This document shows positions 24,463 through 24,609 of a DNA stretch of 24,609 nt, in pieces. Where the stretch lies: the IMG/VR virus record IMGVR_UViG_3300016669_000011, positions 1 through 24,609 of that record. One strand, written 5' to 3'. The notes beneath the pieces are model-generated. The model saw only the letters and a program-made list of their open reading frames with translations. It did no database searches and had not been told where the DNA came from. Numbering within the stretch: position 1 is the stretch's first letter; each line of letters opens with the position of its first letter. The translations under genes and the position numbers were made by a program. This DNA is from a virus (taxonomy: Duplodnaviria > Caudoviricetes).

Positions 24463-24609
24463 GTGGCGATGCGGCGCGAAATTGCCGACCTGCGCACCAC
24501 CTTCTCGGTGGCCGGCGTTCGGGACGTCGTCGACGGGGCCAAGGCCGCGGCCACCGGGCTGGACTCGGTCGCCGCCGCCTCCGCGCGCCAGGCCGCCGCC
24601 GCGGCCGCG
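24463..24609 (+). CDS. Tape measure protein, N-terminal part only
   Basis: AGGAG SD at 24448-24452, GTG start, Ala-rich open frame to the window edge, canonical position after the G/GT chaperones. Confidence 0.65.
   Translation, partial: MAMRREIADLRTTFSVAGVRDVVDGAKAAATGLDSVAAASARQAAAAAA

Overview
A very GC-rich segment of a lambda-like tailed (siphovirus-type) temperate phage. It is probably from an alphaproteobacterial host; this is inferred from composition and protein style. Left to right: (i) a leftward, translationally coupled operon running from an XRE-like HTH gene through small ORFs to a GH108 endolysin with a membrane-anchor tail; (ii) a rightward ~1325-aa Prim-Pol primase fused to an SF2 helicase with a 4-Cys cluster, converging on a leftward Rep_3-like plasmid initiator; (iii) a probable neck/tail-completion gene and two small ORFs; (iv) an intact lambda-like cos candidate; (v) the late block: terS, gpA-type terL, gpW-like, portal, ClpP-type protease, decoration protein, gpE-type capsid, an inserted four-gene fibre cassette, FII-like, tail terminator, tail tube, tail chaperone with a -1 frameshift, and the start of the tape measure. 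Main points of interest: a 26-bp motif (22-bp exact core) repeated four times in front of late modules; a flagellin/hook-like domain shared by the capsid decoration protein and a coiled-coil fibre encoded in the head region; and a possible phage-plasmid replication module. All family assignments come from motif recognition by eye, not database searches.
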